Shown here: positions 28,596-36,930 of the stretch, piece by piece
How positions within the stretch are numbered: position 1 is the stretch's first letter
Layout: each line of letters begins with the position of its first letter
Source of the DNA: an uncultured Myxococcales bacterium
Lineage (GTDB): Bacteria > Myxococcota > B64-G9
Length of the DNA stretch: 64,000 nucleotides
NCBI GenBank assembly: GCA_964454005.1
Contig: CAYVQE010000010.1
Coordinates: 4,277-68,276, forward strand
Direction of reading: 5' to 3'
The notes under the pieces: model-generated
Told to the model about the DNA's origin: nothing
Databases searched by the model: none
Seen by the model: the letters and a program-made list of their open reading frames with translations, nothing else
Program-made: the position numbers and the translations under genes

Positions 28596-29408
28596 TCAGC
28601 CTCCGGCGCCGGAATCGAGCGCGGTGCGCACCGCGGCGAAGGCGGCCGGGTCGAGCAGGTAGCTGTAGTGGGTGGCCGGGGTCAGGTCGATGGCCGCGGC
28701 GCCTTCGAGCAGGGCCGACTCGGGCGGCAGCACGAACAGGTCGTTGCGGCTGGAACAGCAGATCAGCCGCACCCCGGCCGGCGGCCGGCCGGCGTCCAGC
28801 CGGCGCATCAGCGGGCTGTCGGGCCGCAGCGCGCGCAGGGTATCGGTGTTGGCGTAGCGCGCCGGGTAGGTGCCGTGGTGCGGCACGCCCAGGCTGACGA
28901 AGGCGCCCACCCGCGGCGCCAGGCCGTGCTCCTGCAGCGCCAGCCGGGCCACCACGCCGCCCAGGCTGTGGGCCACCAGGTCCACTTGCTCGACGCCGTT
29001 GACCGCGCACACCCGCTCGACCTTGTGCGCCAGCTCGGCGGCCTGCTCGGCGATGGAGCTGTCCGGGCTGAAACCGATGCGGTAGGAGCGCTTGCGGCCG
29101 TTGAGCCAGAACCACCAGCTCATCAGCAAAAAGTTGCCCCGGGTGCCGCCCAGGCCATGGACGAAGACCAGCGGCGGGTGGCCGTCGTCCGGCACCGGAG
29201 CGATGGCGGCGTCGCGCCGTTCGAACAGGGAGTGGGCCAGCAGCGGCAGCTGCAGCAGGTGGCGCTGCACGTCCGGATCCACCGTCCGGTAGCCGGCCGC
29301 CGCCTTGCGCCCCAGCCAGACGCCGCCGGCCGCCACCCCGCGGCCGGCCGCGCTCAGCCCGCGCATCAGCCAGTGGGCCCCTTCTCGCTCGTCGCGCTCG
29401 TCGTCCAT
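28596..29408 (-). CDS. alpha/beta hydrolase (lipase/esterase-like)
   Basis: VFVHGLGG oxyanion region, nucleophile elbow AHSLGG, GVPHHG. Confidence 0.85.
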   Translation of the reverse strand: MDDERDEREGAHWLMRGLSAAGRGVAAGGVWLGRKAAAGYRTVDPDVQRHLLQLPLLAHSLFERRDAAIAPVPDDGHPPLVFVHGLGGTRGNFLLMSWWFWLNGRKRSYRIGFSPDSSIAEQAAELAHKVERVCAVNGVEQVDLVAHSLGGVVARLALQEHGLAPRVGAFVSLGVPHHGTYPARYANTDTLRALRPDSPLMRRLDAGRPPAGVRLICCSSRNDLFVLPPESALLEGAAAIDLTPATHYSYLLDPAAFAAVRTALDSGAGG

Positions 29409-29519
29409 GCCGCCGACCAGACTATACGCAGCCCGGCGCGCAGTTCAATCCGTGCGCTGCCGGAAACTTCCGCCAAAAACGTTCATTCCCCCTTGCGCCC
29501 GGGCGCCGCGGGGTGTTTG

Positions 29520-30206
29520 ATGCCGCCCATGGCCGACAATGACTTCACTTGCAGCAAATGTGGAAAGAGCTTCAGCGTGCCCGAGGCCGCTTTGAAGAAA
29601 TACCCCGGTTGGACGCCGCGGGTCTGCCTGGGCTGCCGCGACGCCGCCAAAGGCGGTCGGGCCGCGGGCGGGGCCAGGGCCAACTCCAAACGCCCGCGCA
29701 ACAAGCCGGCCGGCCGGGCGGCCGAGGGCGAGCTGAGCCTGGACGAGGTGCGGGTGCGCTACAGCGCCGGGCCCCAGGACGGCCTGTTCACCGACGGCTC
29801 GGCCCGGCCCAACCCCGGCCCCGGCGGCTGGGGCGCGGTCTACGTGCGCGGCGGCGAGGTGCTGGCCCAGCAGCACGGCCACGAGTCGCACACCACCAAC
29901 AACCGCATGGAGCTGATGGCCCTGATCGAGGGCAGCCGGCTGGTGCCGGCCGGCGAGCCGACCGTGGTCTACACCGACAGCGAGCTGTGCTTCAACACGC
30001 TGACCAAGTGGGCGGCCGGCTGGGAAGGCCGCGGCTGGAAGCGCAAGGGCGGGCCCATCAAGAACCTGGAGCTGGTCCAGCGCGCTTACCGCATCTTCCA
30101 GCAGCGGCCCGAGCTGGAGCTGCGCTGGATCCGGGCCCACGACGGCTCGCTGTGGAACGAATACGCCGACAGCCTGGCCAATGCCTGGGCCCGCCAACGC
30201 CTCTGA
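29520..30206 (+). CDS. rnhA: ribonuclease HI with an N-terminal CxxC...CxxC zinc-ribbon extension
   Basis: FTCSKCGKSF...RVCLGCRD, then RNase H core TDGSARPNPGPGGWG...TNNRMELMAL...YTDSE...W..AHDG...NEYADSLA. Confidence 0.9.
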   Translation: MPPMADNDFTCSKCGKSFSVPEAALKKYPGWTPRVCLGCRDAAKGGRAAGGARANSKRPRNKPAGRAAEGELSLDEVRVRYSAGPQDGLFTDGSARPNPGPGGWGAVYVRGGEVLAQQHGHESHTTNNRMELMALIEGSRLVPAGEPTVVYTDSELCFNTLTKWAAGWEGRGWKRKGGPIKNLELVQRAYRIFQQRPELELRWIRAHDGSLWNEYADSLANAWARQRL

Positions 30207-30240
30207 TCTCTGATTTCCCGCCTCGGCCGCCCCCCATGAT

Positions 30241-31020
30241 TCATTCCGCCCAGGTTAGATCGGCGCGGACCGGGAAGTGATCCGACGGCCAGCGGCCGTC
30301 CTGTTCGCGCTCGACCTTGGCGACGGCGCTGCAGCGCAGCGCCGGACCGATGAGGATCCAATCCAGCCGCCCCTTGCGCGGCTGGCCGTCGAAGCGGTGC
30401 GCGGTCCAGGCCGGCTTGCCCTCGCCCAGGCCCAGCGCCCGCCAGCAGTCGCTGAGCCCGGTGCGCTGCTCGAGCAGCGCGCGGTGGGTGGGCGAGCCCG
30501 GCGCGTCGTTGAAATCGCCCATCACCACCACCGGCTCGGTGCATTCGGCGGCAAAATCGGCCAGCAGCCGGGCCTGGTTGGGCCGGGCGATATCACCCAG
30601 GTGGTCGAGGTGGGTGGCCACGGCCACCAGAGCGCTGCCACCGGCGCGCTGGCGCAGCCGGGCCCAGCTCATCATGCGCGGGAAGGCGCTGTCCCAGCCC
30701 TTGGACAGGGGCTCATCGGGCGTGGGGCTCAACCAGCGGTCGCCGCCGGCGAGCAGCTCGAGCGATTCGTTGCGCACGAACAGGCTCGGGTACTGGCTGT
30801 TCTCGTCGCGTGCCCGCCCGTCCGGCCAGTGCAGGCCGTAAGTCGGGGCCAAGCGCTCGGCCAGCCAGTCGAGCATGCTGGTCAGGCCCTCCTGGGTGCC
30901 GAGCACGTCCGGGGCCTGCTCCTCGATCAGCCGCGCCACCAGCTCGCGCCGCAGCGACCAGGCGTCGTCGCCGTCGCGCTCATTGGCGAAGCGCAGGTTG
31001 AAGGTCATCGCCCGCAGCAT
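30241..31020 (-). CDS. endonuclease/exonuclease/phosphatase (EEP) family protein
   Basis: TFNLRF, GTQE, ATHLDH, GDFND, SDHFPV. Confidence 0.9.
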   Translation of the reverse strand: MLRAMTFNLRFANERDGDDAWSLRRELVARLIEEQAPDVLGTQEGLTSMLDWLAERLAPTYGLHWPDGRARDENSQYPSLFVRNESLELLAGGDRWLSPTPDEPLSKGWDSAFPRMMSWARLRQRAGGSALVAVATHLDHLGDIARPNQARLLADFAAECTEPVVVMGDFNDAPGSPTHRALLEQRTGLSDCWRALGLGEGKPAWTAHRFDGQPRKGRLDWILIGPALRCSAVAKVEREQDGRWPSDHFPVRADLTWAE

Positions 31021-31063
31021 GATCCGGACTCCTCCGCCCCCCGGCCACCCGGTCGCCGGCCCG

Positions 31064-32185
31064 TCACAGATCCTCCAGCGCCTCCTGATCGGCCCGGCTC
31101 GGCTGGCGCTTGAACTCGACCACCGCCTTGTAGGCCAGCGTGATCCGCGGCCGGCCGCCTTCGCCGATGCAGGACAGCACGATGCGCGTCCAGTCGGTCT
31201 CCCAGACCGCCTGCAGGGTCAGCTGGCCGGCGGCCACCGCCCGCATGGTGTCGCTCTGGCGCCGATCGGCGGCGGTCTGCCAGACCCGGCCGCTGCGGTA
31301 GGCCTGGCCGTACTTGCGGCCGAGCAGCTCGCGCAGCCGCTGGTAGTCGGCCAGCACCCGCCCGCCGCCGCGCCGGGTCGAAGGCGGCTCGAACAGCACC
31401 ACCGCCTCACGCACGATGCCTTCCGAGAAGCGGTAGAACACCTTGGCCGGCCGTCCGGCCACCGCACCCTGCCAGACCAGATCGCGGCTGTTGGCCAGCG
31501 GCATCACGTCCGGCTCGGCCTCCATCACCTGCGGTCGCGTCATGCCCCAGCGCACGTCGCGCAAGCCGTGGCAGCGCGGCAGCGCACCGGCCTTGCGCCG
31601 CTTATACAGCCGCAGCGCGCGCACCGCCTTGCCCGAGCGGGCCCCGTGGGCGGCCAGCGCGCGCAGCGTCTCGGCACGGCCGGGCCCGCGCGCGAAGCGC
31701 GCCTGCTCCAGCGGGGTCTGGCCCTCGGCGTCCAGGGCGTTGACCTCGGCCCCGACCGCGATCAGCCGCCGCACCAGCCCGGCCCGGCCGCGGCTGGCCG
31801 CCCGGTGCAAGGGGGTGACCCCGTTCTGATCGGCCTTGTTCACGTCGGCCCCGGCCGCCAGCAGCCGCTCGGCGAGCGCGCTGTGGCCGTTGGCCACCGC
31901 CAGCTGCAGCGGTGTGATGCCCTCGGCATCGCTGACATCGGGCGCAGCGCCGTGCTCGAGCAGCAGCTCGGCGATCTCGTGTTGGCCGTGGGCGGCGGCG
32001 TGGTGCAGCGCGGTCCAGCCGCGGGCGTCGTGGGCGTCCACATCGGCGCCGGCGTCGAGCAGGCGCTGCACCGCGTGGAAGCGATTCTGGCGGGCGCGCT
32101 GGACCAGTTCCGGCGCTGCGCCGGCGGCGGCCAGCGCCGGCAGCAGCCAGACCAGTAGCGGGATCGCCAATCGCAGCCGCTCCAT
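31064..32185 (-). CDS. secreted ankyrin-repeat protein with an uncharacterised C-terminal domain
   Basis: Signal peptide LLVWLLPALAAAGA. Four ANK units (GWTALHHAAAHGQHEIAELLLEHGA, GITPLQLAVANGH, GVTPLHRAASRGR, GQTPLEQA). Confidence 0.85.
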   Translation of the reverse strand: MERLRLAIPLLVWLLPALAAAGAAPELVQRARQNRFHAVQRLLDAGADVDAHDARGWTALHHAAAHGQHEIAELLLEHGAAPDVSDAEGITPLQLAVANGHSALAERLLAAGADVNKADQNGVTPLHRAASRGRAGLVRRLIAVGAEVNALDAEGQTPLEQARFARGPGRAETLRALAAHGARSGKAVRALRLYKRRKAGALPRCHGLRDVRWGMTRPQVMEAEPDVMPLANSRDLVWQGAVAGRPAKVFYRFSEGIVREAVVLFEPPSTRRGGGRVLADYQRLRELLGRKYGQAYRSGRVWQTAADRRQSDTMRAVAAGQLTLQAVWETDWTRIVLSCIGEGGRPRITLAYKAVVEFKRQPSRADQEALEDL

Positions 32186-32256
32186 CGCCTATCGACCTCC
32201 GATCGCGCGCCAGCCACTGCGGCTGCGGATCCGCCCGGTGCGCAGCCTCGTTCCGC

Positions 32257-32604
32257 TCATGGCTCGTCCAGGCGGCAGCGGGCGCCGATGAAGTCCCGCT
32301 GGCCGCTGCAGTCGGCGTTTTCGTAGACGGTCATCTCGTAGGCGTCGATCCAGATGGGGTGGCCCGGCATGGGAACCATCACCCCGCCGTTCGACTCCAC
32401 GCAACCCGCCTCGCAGCGCCCCCGGGCCGTACAGGCCGTACCGGCCAGACAGTCCGTATCGTCGGCACAATCGAAAACGCAATCCCCTTCACGGCAATAG
32501 AGCCCCGCCGCACAGTCCGCATCCCGCGCGCACTCCGGCCCCCCGCCGCAGCCCGCCGCCAGGGCCCAGCCCAGTGCCGTAATAATCGAGGCCCAGCGCC
32601 ACAT
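32257..32604 (-). CDS. small Cys-rich lipoprotein ending in what looks like only the first part of an FGE/SUMF1-type domain
   Basis: MWRWASIITALGWALAAGC lipobox. Cys-rich DxDC modules. MVPMPGHPIWIDAYEMTV resembles the start of formylglycine-generating-enzyme-like domains but the ORF stops about 25 aa later. Confidence 0.55.
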   Translation of the reverse strand: MWRWASIITALGWALAAGCGGGPECARDADCAAGLYCREGDCVFDCADDTDCLAGTACTARGRCEAGCVESNGGVMVPMPGHPIWIDAYEMTVYENADCSGQRDFIGARCRLDEP

Positions 32605-32813
32605 GGCCCCAGTCTAGCGCCGCCACTCGCGTCTGGACAAGCCCCGCAGAGAGCAAAATCAAGAGTCGGAGGATGCGGAAACACGGGAACGGAGGTCGAT
32701 GCCGTAGGCGGCCGCGCCCCGGGGGCCTGGCCGGTGCGGCGAATCGGCGGCCGGGGGTCTTGTCAAACGCAGCTGAGTGATTAGATTCCGTTACGGATAG
32801 GGAGGACGCCCCG

Positions 32814-32958
32814 GTGGTGGGGTCGCACCAGCGTAGCAGAGCAGCACGACCTGGCGGGATTGCGGTTGCGAGCGGACTCCGATGCTGGCGTGCTGACCGT
32901 ACGCCTGCCCAAGATCGAACGCGCCCGCAAGAGCGCGCGCAAGGTCGAGGTCGAGTAA
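32814..32958 (+). pseudogene. remnant of an Hsp20/alpha-crystallin gene: promoter-like element, RBS and start retained, C-terminal motif in a different frame
   Basis: 32881..32958 translates DAGVLTVRLPKIERARKSARKVEVE-stop (classic sHSP C-terminal GVLTV.LPK). TTGTCA-N16-TAGATT at 32760..32787. GGGAGG at 32800 with GTG at 32814 out of frame with the motif (145 nt span). Confidence 0.35.
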
Positions 32959-32972
32959 GGCCGAAAGAAGCA

Positions 32973-32996
32973 CGGGCCCGCTCCCGGCGGGCCCGC
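32973..32996 (+). terminator. GC-rich hairpin (cgggcccgc-tcccgg-gcgggcccg) 15 nt after the sHSP-remnant stop
   Basis: 9-bp perfect stem read from the sequence. No clear U-tract. Confidence 0.35.
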
Positions 32997-33053
32997 ACCT
33001 ATCGCTGCATCCTGTAACTCCACTGCCATGCGGATGAATCAGGCCTTCTCCCC

Positions 33054-33170
33054 GCGATCCCGGGAAGACCTCCGTCCCCTTCCTGCGTGCGCGATCCCGG
33101 GCAGATTTCCGTCCCCCTTCCTGGCCGTCCCCAACCTGGCCCGTCCTCAGCCTGGCCGACCTCCGTCCCC
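33054..33170. repeat. intergenic repeat cluster: two about 32-nt units (gcgatcccggg.ag....ccgtcccc.ttcctg, period 37) and four copies of ccgtcccc
   Basis: Units at 33054..33085 and 33091..33123. ccgtcccc at 33072, 33109, 33126 and 33163. Confidence 0.7.
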
Positions 33171-33209
33171 AGATCAGAGCGCAAACGGCTTGGAGAGAAC
33201 CCGGCGCGT

Positions 33210-34052
33210 TCAGGCTGCGGCGCGGGCGGCGGCTCCGGTGGACAGCAGCAGCACGCCGATCAGGATCAGGCCGATGATGCCCAGCTGGGCGATCGGGGGT
33301 GGGTCGGCGTAGAGGCCGGCCTCGAGCAGCAGCGGGGTGATGACCGCGGCGGCGTTGACCGCCGGCACCACCTCCAGGGCGCGGCCGCGCAGGAAGCCGA
33401 GCTGGGTCACGGCGGTGGCCGTGCCGGCGAACAGCAGGGCGATGTAGGGATAGGGTGTGGTCAGCTGGCCGGCCAGCGAGCCGCCGGCGCGCACCAGCCC
33501 GGCATCGCCCAGAAAGATGGCCAGCCCGATGCAGGCGCCGGCCGCCAGGCCGTATGCCATGCCGTGGATGCGCCGCCAGCGCAGCGCCGCCAGGCAGCCG
33601 GCCGCGCACAGCAGCACCATGCCGGCGGCGGCCCACACCAGCTGGCCGTCGTCCAGCCGGCGGGCGCCGATCTCGTGTTCGGCGCCCAGCAGCGCCAACA
33701 CCGAGGTGCCCACCACCACCAGCGCCATGCCCAGCCAGTCGGTGCGGCCCATGGGCTCGCCGATGACCTTGAGCGCGTAAAGGGTCAGCCCGATCAGACC
33801 GACGCCGGTCATGGCGGCGATGGCCGAGGGTGACTTGGACAGCATCAGCCCCACCGAGTAGGGCAAGGCCGCCCCGGCGGTGATGGCCAGGCCCAGCAGC
33901 CAGATAAACAGGTCGCGGCGCTGCGGCCGGGCGAACATGCGCCGGCCGTGTAAGAACACGCCCACCTTCTGCTTCTGCACCCCCTTGCCGATGTTCATCA
34001 TCAGCGCGGCCAGGATGCCGAACAGGATGCCGAGGATGAATCCGCTGTCCAC
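33210..34052 (-). CDS. integral membrane transporter, DMT superfamily / NIPA-like
   Basis: About 9 hydrophobic segments. N-terminal ILFGILAALMMNIGKGVQK resembles the NIPA/DUF803 signature. Confidence 0.75.
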   Translation of the reverse strand: MDSGFILGILFGILAALMMNIGKGVQKQKVGVFLHGRRMFARPQRRDLFIWLLGLAITAGAALPYSVGLMLSKSPSAIAAMTGVGLIGLTLYALKVIGEPMGRTDWLGMALVVVGTSVLALLGAEHEIGARRLDDGQLVWAAAGMVLLCAAGCLAALRWRRIHGMAYGLAAGACIGLAIFLGDAGLVRAGGSLAGQLTTPYPYIALLFAGTATAVTQLGFLRGRALEVVPAVNAAAVITPLLLEAGLYADPPPIAQLGIIGLILIGVLLLSTGAAARAAA

Positions 34053-34076
34053 GTTTGCCGTTCCTTCGCGGGTGCT

Positions 34077-34889
34077 TCAGGAAAACCTCTCGTACAGGCC
34101 CCAGCGGCTGGAGCGCGCCCAGCGGATGGCCCGCTCGACCAGGCCCGGCGACAAGCGGTGGACCCAGCGGCCGAGCTGGCCCACCGGTGTCATAACCAGC
34201 TCGCGGCGCCGGCGGCGCATCATGTGCAGGATCTGCCCGGCGGCCTCGTCCTGGCTGTGGTGCGCCGGCCGGTCGGGCGGCACCGGGCTGCCGTCGGCGG
34301 CCAGGATGCTCTTCTGCGGGTCGTGCTCGGTGAAGCCCAGGTAGATCACACCCACGTGCACCCCGGCCGCGGCCAGCTCGATGCGCAGCGACTCGGCCAG
34401 CCCGGTCAGCGCCATCTTGGAGGCGCAGTAGACCGAGGCGCCCGGCAGGCCGAACAGCCCGGCGATGCTGGAGACGAACAGCAGCTGGCCGTGCGCGGCG
34501 ATCAGATGTTCGGCCGCCGCCCGCGACAGGTAGACGCTGCCCAGCAGATTGGTCCGAATCACCCGCTCGCAGACTGCCGGGTCCAGCTCGGCGAACTCGC
34601 CGCGCATCGACACCCCGGCGTTGTTGACCACCGCATCCAGCCGGCCGAAGCGCTCCACGGCCGCGGCCACCAGCCGCTCGGCGTCGTCTCGCTGGCCCAC
34701 GTCGCCGGCCAGCGCCTCCACCCGGCCGCCGTCGCGCCGCAGCGCATCGCGGGTCTCGATCAAGCGCTGCTCGCCGCGGGCGCCCAGCATCACCCGGGCC
34801 CCCTCGGCCACCAGCCGGGCCGCCAGGGCCCGGCCCACCCCGCGGCTGGAGCCGCTGATCAACACCACCTTGTCCCGATAGCTATCCAT
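34077..34889 (-). CDS. short-chain dehydrogenase/reductase (classical SDR)
   Basis: SGSSRGVG, NNAG, S...YCASKMA. Confidence 0.9.
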   Translation of the reverse strand: MDSYRDKVVLISGSSRGVGRALAARLVAEGARVMLGARGEQRLIETRDALRRDGGRVEALAGDVGQRDDAERLVAAAVERFGRLDAVVNNAGVSMRGEFAELDPAVCERVIRTNLLGSVYLSRAAAEHLIAAHGQLLFVSSIAGLFGLPGASVYCASKMALTGLAESLRIELAAAGVHVGVIYLGFTEHDPQKSILAADGSPVPPDRPAHHSQDEAAGQILHMMRRRRRELVMTPVGQLGRWVHRLSPGLVERAIRWARSSRWGLYERFS

Positions 34890-34904
34890 GGCTGCACCCC
34901 TCGA

Positions 34905-35903
34905 TCAGATGTGGCCGTAAGTCCGCAGGCTGCGCACGCTCTGGGCGATGGCCGCGTCGACCGGCGTTTGCTGCAGGCTCAGCTGCTCCACCGCCCGCGA
35001 CGCGTCGTAGTAGGTGCCGCACAGCGCCAGCCGCGCCAGGCGCCGGTCCAGCGGCGGCCGGCGGCCGCTCAGCCGGCCGTAGAGCGAGCCGGCCAGACCG
35101 GCTGCCCGCACCGCCCCGGCCGGCAAGGTGGCCAGCGGCGCCGGCGCGCCGCCGGCGATGCGCGCCACCCGGGTGAAGAAGTCGCGGTAGCTCAGGTTGT
35201 GGCCGCCGGCGATGTAGCAGCCGCCGCGCTCGCCCTTGTGGAAGGCGGCCAGCAGGGCGCCGGCCACGTCGCCGGCGCAGGCGAAGTTGCGCCCGCCGGG
35301 CGAGACGAAGCGCATGCGCCGCAGCAGAAACTGCCGGATCAGCTCGCCCGAGCTGGGCCGCCAGTCCAGCTCGCCCAGCAGAAAGGTCGGCGCCACCACC
35401 ACCGCGTCCAGCCCGCGCTCGGCCGCGTAGCGCTGCACCAGCCGGGTGGCCCGGTGCTTCGACTCCATGTAGGCGATGCCGCGGTAGGCCTCCGGAAAGC
35501 CGCCCCGCTCGTCGCCCGGCCGCTCGCGGGAGCCGAACTGGAAGGACGAGGCCGAACCGGTGAACACCAGCCGCTCGACCCCGGCCGCCAGACAGGCGTC
35601 GGCCACCCGCCGGGTGCCCTCCAGGTTGACCGCCCACACCTTGGCGGGCGGCGCCCACAGGTCGGTGATGGCCGCGCAGTGGAAGACCGCCCGGCAGCCG
35701 TCGGCGGCCCGGGCCAGCTCGGCACCCCGGCCCAAGAGATCGCCGGGGGTCTGTTCGATGTCCAGCCCCTCGAGCACCGGCGAGTCCGAGCCCGGCTGCA
35801 CCAGCACCCGCACCCGCCAGCCTGCCTGCAGCAGCCGGCGCACCAGGTGGGCGCCCAGCAGGCCGTCGCCGCCCAGCACCAGGGCCCTGTCGCTCGTGGT
35901 CAT
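34905..35903 (-). CDS. NAD(P)-dependent epimerase/dehydratase-family (extended SDR) reductase
   Basis: VLGGDGLLGAHLVRRL Rossmann motif. YMESK (YxxxK). Dihydroflavonol/aldehyde-reductase-like length. Confidence 0.9.
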   Translation of the reverse strand: MTTSDRALVLGGDGLLGAHLVRRLLQAGWRVRVLVQPGSDSPVLEGLDIEQTPGDLLGRGAELARAADGCRAVFHCAAITDLWAPPAKVWAVNLEGTRRVADACLAAGVERLVFTGSASSFQFGSRERPGDERGGFPEAYRGIAYMESKHRATRLVQRYAAERGLDAVVVAPTFLLGELDWRPSSGELIRQFLLRRMRFVSPGGRNFACAGDVAGALLAAFHKGERGGCYIAGGHNLSYRDFFTRVARIAGGAPAPLATLPAGAVRAAGLAGSLYGRLSGRRPPLDRRLARLALCGTYYDASRAVEQLSLQQTPVDAAIAQSVRSLRTYGHI

Positions 35904-35945
35904 GTCCGCCTCCTCGTCCGGCTCTTCCGGCTCGTCCCGCCCGCG

Positions 35946-36851
35946 TCAGCTCCAGCGCGGCGCGAACCCCTCGTGTGCAAATGCGGCCGCGAAACGCTCG
36001 CGCCCGGCCGCGTCCAGCGTCTCGCGGGCCATATCGGGCTGGCCGCGGCCGATGCGGCGGTGCTTGCCGCGGGCCAGGCTGTTGTAGGCCAGCAGCTCCA
36101 CCGGGCCGCGGCAGCCGGCCGCGGCCAGGGCCCCGGCCAGGCCGGCGGCCGCCGCGGCATCGGCGTTGAAGCCCGGGATCACCGGCACCCGGGGCAGCAC
36201 CCGCTGCGGCCCGACGCGGGCCACCAGGGCGGCCAGGTTGGCCAGGATGCGGCCGTTGCCGCGACCGCTGCCGGCCCGGTGGGCCGCGTCGTCGGCGTGC
36301 TTGAGGTCGTAGAGGAACAGCTCCACCCGCGACGCCAGCGCCTCGAGCAGCCCGGCCGGGTAGAGACCGCAGGTCTCCACGGCCCGGTGCAGCCCGCGCG
36401 CGCCCAGCGCGTCGAGCAGGGCCAGCAGGAAGTCCGGCTGGGCGCTGGGCTCGCCGCCGCTGATGGTGACCCCGCCGCCCGAGCGCTGGTAGAAGGCGGC
36501 GTCGCGGGCCACCCGCTCGGCCACCGCCGCGGCGCGCATGGGCTGGCCGATGCGGTGCTGGGCGCCCTCAGGGCAAACCGCGGCGCAGGCGCCGCAGCCG
36601 CGGCAGCGGGCCGCATCGCGCACCAGGCCCCGCGGCCCGTCCAGCAGCGCGCCCTGCGCACAGGCCCGCAGGCAGCGGCCGCAGCCGCGGCAGCGCGCCG
36701 GCCACCAGCCCATCTCGGGCGCGGCCCGCTGCGACTCGGGGTTGTGACACCAGGCGCAGCGCAGCGGGCAGCCCTTCAAGAAGACGCAGCTGCGGATGCC
36801 CGGCCCGTCGTGCAGGCAGTAGGCCTGGATGTCGAACACGAGGCCGGTCAT
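35946..36851 (-). CDS. glycyl-radical enzyme activating protein (radical SAM, with two extra ferredoxin-like clusters)
   Basis: FDIQAYCLHDGPGIRSCVFLKGCPLRCAWCHNPE (CxxxCxxC). CRGCGRCLRAC and CRGCGACAAVCP. GGGVTISGGEP. Confidence 0.9.
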   Translation of the reverse strand: MTGLVFDIQAYCLHDGPGIRSCVFLKGCPLRCAWCHNPESQRAAPEMGWWPARCRGCGRCLRACAQGALLDGPRGLVRDAARCRGCGACAAVCPEGAQHRIGQPMRAAAVAERVARDAAFYQRSGGGVTISGGEPSAQPDFLLALLDALGARGLHRAVETCGLYPAGLLEALASRVELFLYDLKHADDAAHRAGSGRGNGRILANLAALVARVGPQRVLPRVPVIPGFNADAAAAAGLAGALAAAGCRGPVELLAYNSLARGKHRRIGRGQPDMARETLDAAGRERFAAAFAHEGFAPRWS

Positions 36852-36930
36852 GGCTTCGGTTCTCGTTGCGGCTGCCGCGTCCACGCGCTCTCCTGGTTCC
36901 TCCCCCGCCCTGCGGGCGGCGGGCGCCGGC

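Noticed and set aside
33054-33170. G-quadruplex or riboswitch interpretation of the repeat cluster
   Set aside because: I cannot support a specific fold or known riboswitch class from the sequence alone, so I kept it only as a repeat observation.
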